A stretch of 64,000 nucleotides of DNA from Minisyncoccota bacterium (GCA_035495115.1 DATJGJ010000010.1:2407-66406), one strand, 5' to 3'; positions 48,455 to 58,424 are shown, counted from the first letter of the stretch. The notes: a model not told the origin generated them from the sequence alone. Translations and numbers: made by a program.

Positions 48455-49051
48455 ATGCAATTCCATCAACTTAAACGAGTCCACAAGAACAAGAAGCGCA
48501 TGACGGTTGCCCGTGGTGGCAAGCGTGGAAAGACATCTGGCCGTGGTGGCAAGGGTCAGTCTGCTCGTGCAGGTAACAAGCGCCGTCCAGAATGGCGTGA
48601 CATCATCAAGCGCCTCCCAAAGTTGCGTGGTCGTGGCGTCAACCAGCACAAGCCAGTTTCAGATGCATTCAAGGCTATCAATGTCAGTTTGATCGAAGCT
48701 ATCTTCAATGCAGGAGATATGGTTACTCCTACTTCTCTCGTTGAAAAGGGTGCAGTTGCTACATTTTCAGGAAACATTCCTCCTATCAAGATTCTTGGCG
48801 ACGGTGAGATCACCAAGGCTGTCAAAGTCTCAGGATGTGCTCTCTCGGGCAGTGCAAAAGAAAAGATCGAGAAGGCAGGCGGTACAGTCACACTCATCAC
48901 TCCAAAGGTTATTTCAAAGCCAGTAAAGGCTCCTAAAGTTAAAAAAGAAAAGGTTGCATCAGAAGCAGCTCCAGCAAAAGAAATCGCAGAAAAGAAGCCT
49001 ATTAAGGCAGCTGCAAAAAAGGCTCCAGCAAAGAAAGCAAAAGCCGAGTAA
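48455..49051 (+). CDS. rplO: 50S ribosomal protein L15 (Lys/Ala-rich C-terminal extension)
   Basis: MQFHQLKRVHKNKKRMTVARGGKRGKTSGRGGKGQ L15 N-terminus. Confidence 0.85.
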   Translation: MQFHQLKRVHKNKKRMTVARGGKRGKTSGRGGKGQSARAGNKRRPEWRDIIKRLPKLRGRGVNQHKPVSDAFKAINVSLIEAIFNAGDMVTPTSLVEKGAVATFSGNIPPIKILGDGEITKAVKVSGCALSGSAKEKIEKAGGTVTLITPKVISKPVKAPKVKKEKVASEAAPAKEIAEKKPIKAAAKKAPAKKAKAE

Positions 49052-49101
49052 GTAAGCTATACTAGTTGAGTTCCCATTAAGAAGTAAGTAATCGAAATAT
49101 C

Positions 49102-50373
49102 ATGCAAAACTTCTGGCAAAAATTCACCACAGCTCTCAAGGATCCAGTTCTCCGCAAGAGAATAGGCTTTACTATCGGCGCGCTCCTCGTCTTTCGTCTT
49201 TTGGCGACTATTCCAATACCAGGCGTCGATGTAGCAAATCTTTCTAAACTCCTCGCTTCAAGCCAGTTCTTCGGTTTCCTCAACATCTTTTCGGGCGGAG
49301 GCCTCTCGAATCTTTCTATCGTCATGCTTGGTGTCGGTCCTTTTATCACCGCATCGATCATTATCCAGCTCATGACCATGATGTTCCCAAAGTGGAAGGC
49401 TCTCATGCATGATGAAGGTCAAGCTGGCCGCATGAAGCTCTCGAACTATTCACGTATTCTTTCTGTGCCACTTGCTATCGTTCAAGCTATCGGCTTCATC
49501 ATCCTTCTCGAAAATCAGAACGTTATCGCTCATATCGGTGGTATGCAGCTCGCTATCAACGTGCTCGTCGTCTCTGCAGGCTCTATCCTCCTTATGTGGA
49601 TCGGTGAGCTCGTATCGGAGTTCGGTATCGGTAATGGTGTTTCTCTCGTTATCTTCGCAGGTATCGTTTCTCGTTTGCCAAAGGATGCTGTTCAGTTCCT
49701 CTCAACATTCGACTCAAGTCAGATCACGGTCTATCTCGCAGTCCTTGCAGTTGCAATCATCGTTATTGCTGGCGTGGTCTTTGTCACTGAGGCTGAACGT
49801 TCAGTTCCCGTGACTTATGCAAAGCAGGTCCGTGGCAACAAAGTCTATGGAGGCGTTTCCACGTATCTCCCGCTCCGTCTCAACCAAGCAGGCGTTATTC
49901 CTATCATCTTCGCTCTCTCTATTCTTTTGTTCCCTCAGATCATCGCCAACTTCCTCTCTCATGCATCAAATGCAGCTATTGCAGCGTATGCGTCATCATT
50001 TGCAACATTCTTCAATAGCGCATGGGTATATGGCAGTTTCTACTTTATACTCGTTGTTCTCTTCACGTACTTCTATACTGCAGTTACCTTCGATCCTACG
50101 ATGATCTCGCAGAACCTCCAGCAGGGAGGCGCATTCATCCCAGGCGTACGTCCTGGTGATCACACTCGTGATTATCTCGCGGCTATCGTTACCCGTATCA
50201 CTCTCGTCGGCGCAGTCTTCCTTGGTGTTGTAGCCATCTTGCCGCTCATGATGCAGCATCTCACTGGCGTTCAGACGCTCGCTATAGGTGGTACATCTCT
50301 CTTGATCGTGGTCTCAGTCGTTCTCGACCTTTTGAAGAAGATTGATGCTCAGGTATCGATGCGTGAATATTAA
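49102..50373 (+). CDS. secY: Preprotein translocase subunit SecY
   Basis: 423 aa, 10 TM segments, GVDVANL...LNIFSGG and GIQPGI-type motifs. Confidence 0.95.
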   Translation: MQNFWQKFTTALKDPVLRKRIGFTIGALLVFRLLATIPIPGVDVANLSKLLASSQFFGFLNIFSGGGLSNLSIVMLGVGPFITASIIIQLMTMMFPKWKALMHDEGQAGRMKLSNYSRILSVPLAIVQAIGFIILLENQNVIAHIGGMQLAINVLVVSAGSILLMWIGELVSEFGIGNGVSLVIFAGIVSRLPKDAVQFLSTFDSSQITVYLAVLAVAIIVIAGVVFVTEAERSVPVTYAKQVRGNKVYGGVSTYLPLRLNQAGVIPIIFALSILLFPQIIANFLSHASNAAIAAYASSFATFFNSAWVYGSFYFILVVLFTYFYTAVTFDPTMISQNLQQGGAFIPGVRPGDHTRDYLAAIVTRITLVGAVFLGVVAILPLMMQHLTGVQTLAIGGTSLLIVVSVVLDLLKKIDAQVSMREY

Positions 50374-50488
50374 AAAGCGAAAAAGTAAAAATTCAGATAA
50401 GAAAGAACCCCGGCGGATGACGTCGGGGTTTTGATTTAGGTAAATGAAGCTCATCTGCTATACTGTGGCTAATTAATTTAATATTCAC

Positions 50489-51085
50489 ATGTCACCACAA
50501 GCATTCATTTTCGTCGGCAGATCTGGAAGCGGAAAAGGTACTCAAGTAGCTCTTCTTTTAGAGGTGCTCAAGCAAAAGGATCCGACTCATAAGATTTTCA
50601 CTGTTGAAACAGGCAAAGAGCTCCGTAAATTCATCGAGGGAGACACATTCACCCAAAAGCTCGCTCACAAGATCCAGACGTCTGGCGGATTCCAGCCTTC
50701 ATTTCTCGCTATCTACAACTGGGCAAAGGTTTTCATTGATACTTATGAAGAGGGTATGCACATGGTCCTCGACGGCACGTCGCGCAGGCTCCCTGAAGCA
50801 ATCGCTCTTGATTCAGTTTTTGATTTTTATGGCATCTCAAAATGTTGGGTCGTATACCTCGACATTCATGATGAAGAAGCGACCAACCGTCTCCTTGCCC
50901 GCGGTCGTGCAGATGATACGCATGAGGGTATCAAGAACCGTCTCAGTGGTTTTGAGCAGGACATGAAGCCGTCAATCGAATTTTTTAGAAACAATAAGAG
51001 ATATGATTTTTTGGACATAAACGGCATAGGTAAGATAGAAGACATTCACGCCGATATTGTGAAAAAGCTCGGTCTCGATAAATAG
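50489..51085 (+). CDS. adk: Adenylate kinase
   Basis: P-loop GRSGSGKGTQ and the position after secY. Divergent and lid-less. Confidence 0.8.
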   Translation: MSPQAFIFVGRSGSGKGTQVALLLEVLKQKDPTHKIFTVETGKELRKFIEGDTFTQKLAHKIQTSGGFQPSFLAIYNWAKVFIDTYEEGMHMVLDGTSRRLPEAIALDSVFDFYGISKCWVVYLDIHDEEATNRLLARGRADDTHEGIKNRLSGFEQDMKPSIEFFRNNKRYDFLDINGIGKIEDIHADIVKKLGLDK

Positions 51086-51131
51086 TTTCGTGGCATTCGT
51101 ATAATTCGTAGATTCGTGTTATTTTGTCTCT

Positions 51132-51899
51132 ATGATCAAGATAAAGACCAAGGAAGATATAGCCATTCTCCGTGAAGGCGGCCGCCGTCATGGGGCTATT
51201 TTGCGTGAATTGGCAAAGATGGTCGCTCCTGGCGTGCATGCGCGTGATCTCGAAAATCGCACCCGCGAGCTCATAGCGGAAGGTGGCGATACGCCGGCTT
51301 TTCTCAATTACACTCCTGTCGGTGCGGACAGGCCGTTCCCGGCAGCCCTTTGTCTCTCTATAAATGATGAAGTGGTCCATGGTATTCCCAATGAAGAAGA
51401 TAAAGTACTCATGGAAGGCGATATCGTCACTCTCGACCTCGGACTCGTTCACAAAGGCCTCATCACTGATGCCGCAGTAACGGTCGCAGTGGGCGCCGTC
51501 ACTCCTGAGCGAGCATTGCTCCTCTCAAAGACAAAAGAGGCTCTCCAGGCCGGTATAAAGGCTGCCAAAGGGGGAAAGAAGGTTGGTGATATCAGTAGTG
51601 CCATCGAACGCATCGGCATCTCAGCGAAGTTTGGTATCGTCGAAGAGCTTGCTGGCCACGGCGTCGGGTATCATGTCCACGAAGATCCTTTCATACCGAA
51701 CTATGGCGAAGCGGGGAAGGGTCCGCTCTTGAAACCAGGCATGGTCATCGCTATTGAGCCTATTTTTAATCTCGGTGACAGGCATGTCGATCTCGATGTT
51801 GATGGATATACATACAAGACTGTTGACGGTAGCCCAAGCGCACATTTCGAGCATACGGTGCTCATCACCAAAGGGGACGCGGAGGTACTCACTGCGTAA
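51132..51899 (+). CDS. map: Methionine aminopeptidase type I
   Basis: Pita-bread fold motifs (DIVTLDLG, GHGVGYHVHE, IAIEP, HFEHTVLIT). Confidence 0.9.
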   Translation: MIKIKTKEDIAILREGGRRHGAILRELAKMVAPGVHARDLENRTRELIAEGGDTPAFLNYTPVGADRPFPAALCLSINDEVVHGIPNEEDKVLMEGDIVTLDLGLVHKGLITDAAVTVAVGAVTPERALLLSKTKEALQAGIKAAKGGKKVGDISSAIERIGISAKFGIVEELAGHGVGYHVHEDPFIPNYGEAGKGPLLKPGMVIAIEPIFNLGDRHVDLDVDGYTYKTVDGSPSAHFEHTVLITKGDAEVLTA

Positions 51900-51901
51900 A
51901 A

Positions 51902-51979
51902 AATTACCTAATTTCTAATTATTCTAATTAATCTAAAGTTGTGATTTAGGAATTAGATTAATTAGGTCAATTAGAAATT
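51902..51979. repeat. AT-rich intergenic element, copy B (after map)
   Basis: AATTACCTAATTTCTAATTATTCTAATTAATCTAAA, then a 13-bp inverted repeat (TTAGATTAATTAG), then ATTAGAAATT. Confidence 0.5.
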
Positions 51980-52006
51980 GTATCTACAATACTGTACAAT
52001 ATTCGA

Positions 52007-52621
52007 ATGACATCACACCCACATCCCAAACACGAACGCACCCTCGTTATCATCAAACCAGACGGTATCCAGCGAGCTCTTATCGGAGAGATTATCGGAC
52101 GCTATGAGCGCATCGGCCTCAAACTGGTCGGCATCAAAATGCTTACGCCTACGGCGGAAATGATAGAGAAGCATTATACTCTTGATCCAGAGTGGATGAT
52201 GAAGACGGGGTTGAAGACGCTGAAAGGGTATACAGATAAGGGCCTCGTATCTCCAGAACAAGATCCTCTCAAGATTACCGCGCGCCTCCTTAGGCGTCTG
52301 GTGGCATATATGACAACTGGTCCTGTTATCGCCATGGTTTGGCAGGGGGCACATGCAGTTGAGATCGTACGTAAATTAACGGGCAGTACCGAACCGCTTA
52401 CTTCTGATGTGGGTACGATTCGCGGCGATTTCGTCCTTGATTCGTATCGTATGAGCGACAGCGATGATCGTACTATCCGTAATTTGATACATGCTTCAGG
52501 ATCAGTCAAAGAAGCGAATGATGAAATCGCATACTGGTTCAAAGAAAACGAGCTCTTTCAATACAATTTGATGGTTGAAGCGATGCTCTACGGAAAAAAT
52601 ATCGACGGGATTTTGGGGTAA
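52007..52621 (+). CDS. ndk: Nucleoside diphosphate kinase (with internal insertion)
   Basis: ERTLVIIKPDGIQRALIGEII...NLIHASGS. The H in NLIHASGS is the catalytic His. Confidence 0.8.
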   Translation: MTSHPHPKHERTLVIIKPDGIQRALIGEIIGRYERIGLKLVGIKMLTPTAEMIEKHYTLDPEWMMKTGLKTLKGYTDKGLVSPEQDPLKITARLLRRLVAYMTTGPVIAMVWQGAHAVEIVRKLTGSTEPLTSDVGTIRGDFVLDSYRMSDSDDRTIRNLIHASGSVKEANDEIAYWFKENELFQYNLMVEAMLYGKNIDGILG

Positions 52622-52960
52622 GTTATTTTGGTGAGACAAATAAAGCTTGAGTGCAGTATTAATTTTGTTGCTTGTCAAAGAAAGTGGTAAAACTCAATAT
52701 TCACACTTGCATTACTCTGTAGGAGGAATACAATGAATTCAGGTTGCGAGAGTTAAACCCTAAACTTTTCAACGGTAAGTCGACGAACTCCTGAAGTTCA
52801 CATTCACTTGTGCTTTTGCACGTTAGAGATAGACAAACCACCTAGAATATCTAGGTCTGACTCTCGCAATCCTTAGTAAAACATCTGGTATCTGCTGATA
52901 TCAGGTGTTTTACTTTACGGCTCTGTTTACCGATTACTGTTTACGGATTACAATGTCTCT

Positions 52961-54319
52961 ATGAATCAAAACAAAATCACATTCTGCACAGGCGTAGGGA
53001 CAGTGACGGGAGCAAACTTTCTTTTTGAAGCTGTAGGTAAAAAAATCCTCGTTGATTGCGGTATGGTCCAAGGGGAGAGGGTGGCGCAGCAGCAAAACTA
53101 CGAGCCTTTTGGCTATGATGTTGCGTCGATCGATTTTCTTTTTATCACCCACGCTCACCTCGACCACGTCGGTCGCATCCCAAAGCTGGTCAAAGAAGGC
53201 TTCAGAGGAGTTATTTACTCGACATCTGAGACTCGTGAGCTCGCTGAGCTCGTCTTGAATGATGCAGTCAATATCCTCACCATGGAAGCAGAGCAACATG
53301 GTCTCGAACCACTCTATAACGTCGACGATGTCGCTCAAGTCTTTCCGCTATGGAAAACCATTGCCTATCATGAAAAGTTCGAAGTGACACCGGGTGTTTC
53401 AGTGTTTCTCAAAGATGCGGGACATATCTTGGGATCAAGTATGTTCGAGTTTTCTATTGGAAACAAAAAAGTTCTTTTTACAGGTGATCTAGGTAATTCG
53501 CCCGCACCCCTTCTCCGCGATACGGAGCCAGTAGGCGACGTTGATTATCTCATCATGGAAAGTGTCTATGGTGATCGCAATCATGAAACCCGCGAAACGC
53601 GTCTCGAAGAATTCACAAAAGTCATCAACGATACGTTAGCTCGTGGAGGTACGCTTGTCATTCCTGCCTTCTCAATTGATCGCACACAAGTTCTTTTATA
53701 TGAATTGAACAACTTGGTCAAAGACAAAAAGATCCCTTCAGTGCCCGTATTCCTTGACTCACCGATGGGGGAGAAGGCAACTGCTATATATCGTGCAAGC
53801 ACAGAGTTTTTCAACCCCACTGCTCAACAGCAAATCAGAAATGGGGATGATGTTTTCTCTTTCCCACATCTGACTTTTGTTGAGTCTCAGCGCGAGTCTC
53901 AGGGCGTAGATCGATTGAAAGGTGCAAAGATTATTCTTGCTGGTTCAGGCATGTCAGTCGGCGGACGCGTCATAGGACATGAACAGCATTTTCTCGGTGA
54001 TCCACAGAGCACGATCCTCCTTGTCGGGTATCAAGCGTCCGGCTCTCTCGGTCGCGAGCTCGCCGATGGAGGCAAGAAGGTAGTCATCCACGGTCAGAAG
54101 ATAGAAGTGAAAGCGCATATTGAAACCCTCTATGGCTATTCAGCTCATAAGGATGGCGATCATCTGGTTGAATTTGTTTCTACAGGCACTGATAGGCTCA
54201 AGGAGGTATTCGTAGTCATGGGCGAGCCAGGAGCGTCTATGCACCTCGCCCAGCGTCTCAATGATGAGCTCAATGTGAAGGCTGTCGTGCCGGAGAGGAT
54301 GAAGGGGTATGAGGTTTAA
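52961..54319 (+). CDS. beta-CASP family MBL-fold ribonuclease (CPSF73/RNase J-like, COG1236)
   Basis: ILVDCGMVQG, HAHLDHVG, ESVYGDR and a beta-CASP region with a C-terminal His motif. 452 aa. Confidence 0.7.
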   Translation: MNQNKITFCTGVGTVTGANFLFEAVGKKILVDCGMVQGERVAQQQNYEPFGYDVASIDFLFITHAHLDHVGRIPKLVKEGFRGVIYSTSETRELAELVLNDAVNILTMEAEQHGLEPLYNVDDVAQVFPLWKTIAYHEKFEVTPGVSVFLKDAGHILGSSMFEFSIGNKKVLFTGDLGNSPAPLLRDTEPVGDVDYLIMESVYGDRNHETRETRLEEFTKVINDTLARGGTLVIPAFSIDRTQVLLYELNNLVKDKKIPSVPVFLDSPMGEKATAIYRASTEFFNPTAQQQIRNGDDVFSFPHLTFVESQRESQGVDRLKGAKIILAGSGMSVGGRVIGHEQHFLGDPQSTILLVGYQASGSLGRELADGGKKVVIHGQKIEVKAHIETLYGYSAHKDGDHLVEFVSTGTDRLKEVFVVMGEPGASMHLAQRLNDELNVKAVVPERMKGYEV

Positions 54320-54363
54320 ATACAAAAAATCCCCAAGCGGGGATTTTTTTGAGTAAGAAAAGC

Positions 54364-54714
54364 TTATTTTACTGAAGTGACAACTCTCTTGAAAGCTTCA
54401 GGCTTGAACTCAGCGAGATGAGCGAGAGCTTTGCGGTCGAGGAGGATACCAGCTTTCTTTGCTGAGCCCATCCACTTGCTGTATGAGAGCTTTGCATCTA
54501 TAGCACGAAGACCAGCATTGATCTTGACGTTCCAGAGGCGGCGCATGTCGCCCTTCTTGTCGCGACGGTGTGCGAACGCATATGCACCAGCATGTGCGAG
54601 AGCTTCGATTGCAGCCTTTTCATTTGTTGAACGGCGGAAACGAAAACCTTTAGCCTGCTTGAGGATATTGCGACGGGTTTTTAATGCATTGACTCCTTTT
54701 TTGACGCGTACCAT
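54364..54714 (-). CDS. rplT: 50S ribosomal protein L20
   Basis: MVRVKKGVNALKTRRNILKQAKGFR L20 N-terminus. Confidence 0.9.
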   Translation of the reverse strand: MVRVKKGVNALKTRRNILKQAKGFRFRRSTNEKAAIEALAHAGAYAFAHRRDKKGDMRRLWNVKINAGLRAIDAKLSYSKWMGSAKKAGILLDRKALAHLAEFKPEAFKRVVTSVK

Positions 54715-54754
54715 ATAAGTAAATGTTAATAGCTATTAATTAATTGAATATTCT

Positions 54755-54809
54755 AGTTGCAAGTGACAAGTGGCAAGTTGTAATTACTTGTACCTTGTTA
54801 CTTGCAACT
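54755..54809 (-). promoter_or_regulatory. 24-bp imperfect hairpin between rpmI and rplT (candidate L20 autoregulatory or processing element)
   Basis: agttgcaagtgacaagtggcaagt-tgtaatt-acttgtaccttgttacttgcaact, with about 21 of 24 positions paired. Confidence 0.35.
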
Positions 54810-54817
54810 TGGAACTG

Positions 54818-55015
54818 TTAAAAACTTGTTGAAAGGAAACGACTGCGAGCCTTGTTGCCCATAGTGATGACCTGTGTGCGACGTTTGCTCATACTGGTTG
54901 CACTGCGCTCCTTTGCATTGTAGTGGTTCTGACCAGGCTTGCGAGCGATGAGTTTGCCATTTTTGGTGACCTTCATGCGCTTTAAGTATGATTTATTTGT
55001 TTTTGTTGTAGACAT
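54818..55015 (-). CDS. rpmI: 50S ribosomal protein L35
   Basis: 65 aa, highly basic, MSTTKTNKSYLKRMK L35 N-terminus. Confidence 0.85.
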   Translation of the reverse strand: MSTTKTNKSYLKRMKVTKNGKLIARKPGQNHYNAKERSATSMSKRRTQVITMGNKARSRFLSTSF

Positions 55016-55046
55016 ATATTTAAAGTTAATTTAAAAGTTTAAGCGA

Positions 55047-55550
55047 TTATTTCTTTTCAAGATAGACAGTGAGTCCTTTTGGACCTTTGACTGGCTCTTG
55101 GGCAATCTTGTATTCGACAGTGATGAGCTTCAAGATGCGTTCGAGGCGCTCCTTGAGGAAGTTGAGATCCATGAACTTCGATCGTCCGACGAGGTAGAGG
55201 TCAACTTTGACGCGATTGCCTTCTGACAACCACTCAGAAGCCTTTTTTGCTTTGAGTTCGAGATCGTGCTCGCCAGTACCAATTTTGACCTGAACACTCT
55301 TGAGTTCACTGATCTGGGTACGAGCTTTGGCGACCTTCTCTTTCTTCTTTTCATCGTACTGATACTTGCCATAATCCATAATCTTGGCAACAGGAGGAAC
55401 TGCTGTAGGGGAGATCTCAATGAGATCGAGTCCGCGAGCTTTGGCCTCTGCCAATGCCTTATCTGTCGATATTACACCCAGGTTTTCACCTTCGGCTGTG
55501 ATAACGCGCAGTTCTGGCGCTTTTATTTGGTGATTTATACGTGCTTTCAT
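55047..55550 (-). CDS. infC: Translation initiation factor IF-3
   Basis: ELRVITAEGENLGVISTDKALAEAKARGLDLIEISP... The start at MKARINHQ is assumed, and a non-ATG start further upstream is possible, as is classical for infC. Confidence 0.85.
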   Translation of the reverse strand: MKARINHQIKAPELRVITAEGENLGVISTDKALAEAKARGLDLIEISPTAVPPVAKIMDYGKYQYDEKKKEKVAKARTQISELKSVQVKIGTGEHDLELKAKKASEWLSEGNRVKVDLYLVGRSKFMDLNFLKERLERILKLITVEYKIAQEPVKGPKGLTVYLEKK

Positions 55551-55676
55551 CAATAGATTACAGGTTATATTTATAGCATATAGCGCATTATTTATCAACA
55601 GTTGGATGTTTCGGGTCTATGTAAATGCGCTACAATGGGTATATGTGTTCGTTTACTATATATTAATAATAATTTT

Positions 55677-56348
55677 ATGAAACTTACTCGCACATCAGTA
55701 CTCGCTGCTTCAAGTCTCCTCATCGGAGGATTCATGGGGGCATCAGCGCTCGTAGCGCTCGCTGGCTGGACAAATGCACCAGCAAATCCTCCTTCAAACA
55801 ATGCAGCTGCGCCAGTCAATGTTGGTGGTGGTGATTATCCTGCCGGTGATTCAAGAAACTACTCGCAGACAAAAACAGGCCTTTTGGGTCTTGGAAATTT
55901 TCAATTTGTTCCACCTGGAATGCCTGCTACAGGTACAACTGGAAAGGTTCTCACTGCTATAGATGATTTCGGCACAGTTGGATGGGGTAATGCTGGCGGA
56001 GGGCAGTCGATACATTTTATAACCCCGGTTTCTATCACACTCGCAACTCCTAGTGGCACCTGGTCAACTTTTAACGCATCTCCGTACATACCGTCGACTA
56101 ATGTAAGCGCTGTTATACTTCAATATTACGCTCAGATTGGTCAGGGACAAAATGAGATCGACGTAAGACAAAATTCATCAGCACAATCATATCCACTTAT
56201 TGACTGCGAACCAAACGGCAGTTCAGATACTTGTACAGTAAAAGGAATGGGCTTTGGGCCAATAAATTCAGATAAGACATTTCAGTATGCACAGTTTTAT
56301 AGAGGCGGAAGTCGCACGTTGCAACTGGTCGGTTATGTGGGAAACTAA
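55677..56348 (+). CDS. Secreted hypothetical protein (signal peptide, Gly/Asn/Ala-rich)
   Basis: MKLTRTSVLAASSLLIGGFMGASALVALA signal peptide. Start set at the internal ATG 55677. Confidence 0.45.
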   Translation: MKLTRTSVLAASSLLIGGFMGASALVALAGWTNAPANPPSNNAAAPVNVGGGDYPAGDSRNYSQTKTGLLGLGNFQFVPPGMPATGTTGKVLTAIDDFGTVGWGNAGGGQSIHFITPVSITLATPSGTWSTFNASPYIPSTNVSAVILQYYAQIGQGQNEIDVRQNSSAQSYPLIDCEPNGSSDTCTVKGMGFGPINSDKTFQYAQFYRGGSRTLQLVGYVGN

Positions 56349-56409
56349 ATCAGCGCAAAATAAATCAAGTAAGTAATAAAAACCATCCTTATGAGGTGGT
56401 TTTTATATA

Positions 56410-57489
56410 TTACAAAAACTTTCTCACGAGCGTGATAAGTTTCTCCGGTATCTTCTCCACGAAGAACCGGTTTTTCCATTCAGGGTAGAGCACTTCTTTG
56501 CTGTCTTGTATATCGCGTACGAATAGCGCGACGAGCTCTTCGGCAAAGCGCCCATTTCTACTGATGATGTTCGCTTCAAAGTTGTAGAGCAAGCTGACAC
56601 GATCAAGGTTCATGGTGCCGACGGTTGCCCATTCACCGTCGATGACAGCGGTTTTGGCGTGGATCATATTCCCTGAGTAGAGGAATATGCGCACTCCCGA
56701 TGAGAGGAGAGTATTGAAGTATGATCGCGCGCCAAGGTCTACGGCATAGTAGTTTGAGTTCTCTGGAATGATAATGCGCACATCGACGCCACGCCGGGCT
56801 GCGAGACGGAAGATGCGCACCAGACGACGAGTCGGAACAAAATAAGGATTGGTGATATATATGTATTTACGCGCTGAACGCACTGCTTCGATGAGCTCGG
56901 TGTAGATGTGGCGGCGACGGGGAGCGGGGTAGTTGGTGATATAGCGGAATTCGTGATTGCGAACATGGATGCGTTCGGGCATAACCTGAGAATGTTTGGC
57001 ACGTGCCCACATACGATCAAAAGCATTCTTCATTTCTTGAACCACTGACCCTTCGAGGCGTAGATTTGTATCGCGCCAGCTTTTCATGGGTTCATAGACG
57101 CACATGCTACCGGTATAGCCTATACGGTCATCGATAACGAGCGTGCGACGATGGTTGCGGAAGAACCATGCACGGAAATTTGGGATTTTCGAATAGTCAG
57201 GTATGAGCGTTTTCCAAAAAATAAGCTCGATACCTTTCTTTTTGAGATCCTCGGCGATGTTCGAACCCCATAGAGTGAAGCTACCAGCTGCATCCCAGAG
57301 AAAGCGCACTTTTACTCCTTGTGCCGCACGTTCGGCGCAGACGTCCATGAGCTTTTTGCCAAAATCATCTGCAACAAAGATGTATTGTTCGAGTACAATA
57401 CTCTCTTTCGCTTGGGCGCAGTCAGCGAGCATTGCTGCCCAGGCTTCTTCGTTCGATGAGTAGAGATTCCAGGTTGTTTCGTGATTCAT
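56410..57489 (-). CDS. cls: Phospholipase D family protein, cardiolipin synthase-like (ClsB-type, no N-terminal TM)
   Basis: One HKD motif is visible: HAKTAVIDGEWATVGTMNLD (HxKxxxxD) near the C-terminus. The first half is a PLD-like domain. Confidence 0.75.
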   Translation of the reverse strand: MNHETTWNLYSSNEEAWAAMLADCAQAKESIVLEQYIFVADDFGKKLMDVCAERAAQGVKVRFLWDAAGSFTLWGSNIAEDLKKKGIELIFWKTLIPDYSKIPNFRAWFFRNHRRTLVIDDRIGYTGSMCVYEPMKSWRDTNLRLEGSVVQEMKNAFDRMWARAKHSQVMPERIHVRNHEFRYITNYPAPRRRHIYTELIEAVRSARKYIYITNPYFVPTRRLVRIFRLAARRGVDVRIIIPENSNYYAVDLGARSYFNTLLSSGVRIFLYSGNMIHAKTAVIDGEWATVGTMNLDRVSLLYNFEANIISRNGRFAEELVALFVRDIQDSKEVLYPEWKNRFFVEKIPEKLITLVRKFL

Positions 57490-57515
57490 GGGTAAAAGTA
57501 TACTATACTTCCTCT

Positions 57516-57956
57516 ATGGTTGTTTTGATCGATTACCGCAAAGCTCACTTCGAATATGAGATCCTCGAGAAATACGAGGCTGGCATCGAGCTGCTCGGTT
57601 TCGAGGTGAAGTCGCTCAAAGGCAAGCATGGCTCTCTCGATGGGGCATATGTGCTCGTGAAGGGAGGCGAGGCGTGGATCCAAAACATGCTTATCCCTCC
57701 GTATCAGGAGAAGAATACGCCCAAAGACTATGAGCCGCGTCGCCATCGTCGGTTGATCATGAAAAAGAAGGAGATTGCGCAAATAGCTGATGTTGCCAAA
57801 GGATTGACAGTAGTGCCAATTTCAATGTACACTAAAAACAACCTTATCAAGGTCACCGTCGCTATCGTCAAAGGAAAAAAGAAGTATGATAAGAGAGAGA
57901 CGACAAAGAAACGCGAGGCAGATAGGGAGATGGGAAGGGTTATGAGGGATCGTTGA
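57516..57956 (+). CDS. smpB: SsrA-binding protein SmpB
   Basis: VLIDYRKAHFEYEILEKYEAGIELLGFEVKSLK...RRHRRLIMKKKEI. Start set at the internal ATG 57516. Confidence 0.85.
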   Translation: MVVLIDYRKAHFEYEILEKYEAGIELLGFEVKSLKGKHGSLDGAYVLVKGGEAWIQNMLIPPYQEKNTPKDYEPRRHRRLIMKKKEIAQIADVAKGLTVVPISMYTKNNLIKVTVAIVKGKKKYDKRETTKKREADREMGRVMRDR

Positions 57957-58049
57957 AAATTAAGTACACTACTTCTGTAGGAGGTCAGGTCGAAATTTTT
58001 TGTTGCTCACGCAACAAAAATATTTCGACACGATTTCCTTACAGGGAAA

Positions 58050-58417
58050 TCGGGGATGAATTTGGCATCGACAATCGACAGTTTTCGTTCGTGCGGTGCG
58101 AGCACCAGTAACTCGTAAATCTGCTGGAAATCCAATTGCAAAATCTTCTGTCTCTCCATATTTTGGAGCAAAGGACTTTCAATTCGCTCTCGTTTAACGA
58201 GGCCGTCTACCTACTGGGATCCTGACGGTAGGCTGGGCGTAATAACCTGGATGTAGGGCAGGTAGAGCTTCTCACTCTATCTCCTGAAACAATGAGATCG
58301 TGATCATGTGTTTTGTTTTCTTTCAAGCATGATCATTAAACTTTAAAGGATTCTACCACCGTAGAGTCGCTCGATGAACTTCGATTGCACGGCGGTTCGA
58401 TTCCGCCCATCTCCACC
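58050..58417 (+). ncRNA. ssrA: tmRNA (ssrA), one-piece, immediately downstream of smpB
   Basis: 5' GGGGATGAATTTGGCATCGAC (acceptor plus D-analog). 3' GGCGGTTCGATTCCGCCCATCTCCACC (T-arm plus acceptor, complementary to the 5' GGGGATG). An internal in-frame tag ORF ends in FALV-TAA. Confidence 0.75.
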
Positions 58418-58424
58418 GAAAACA

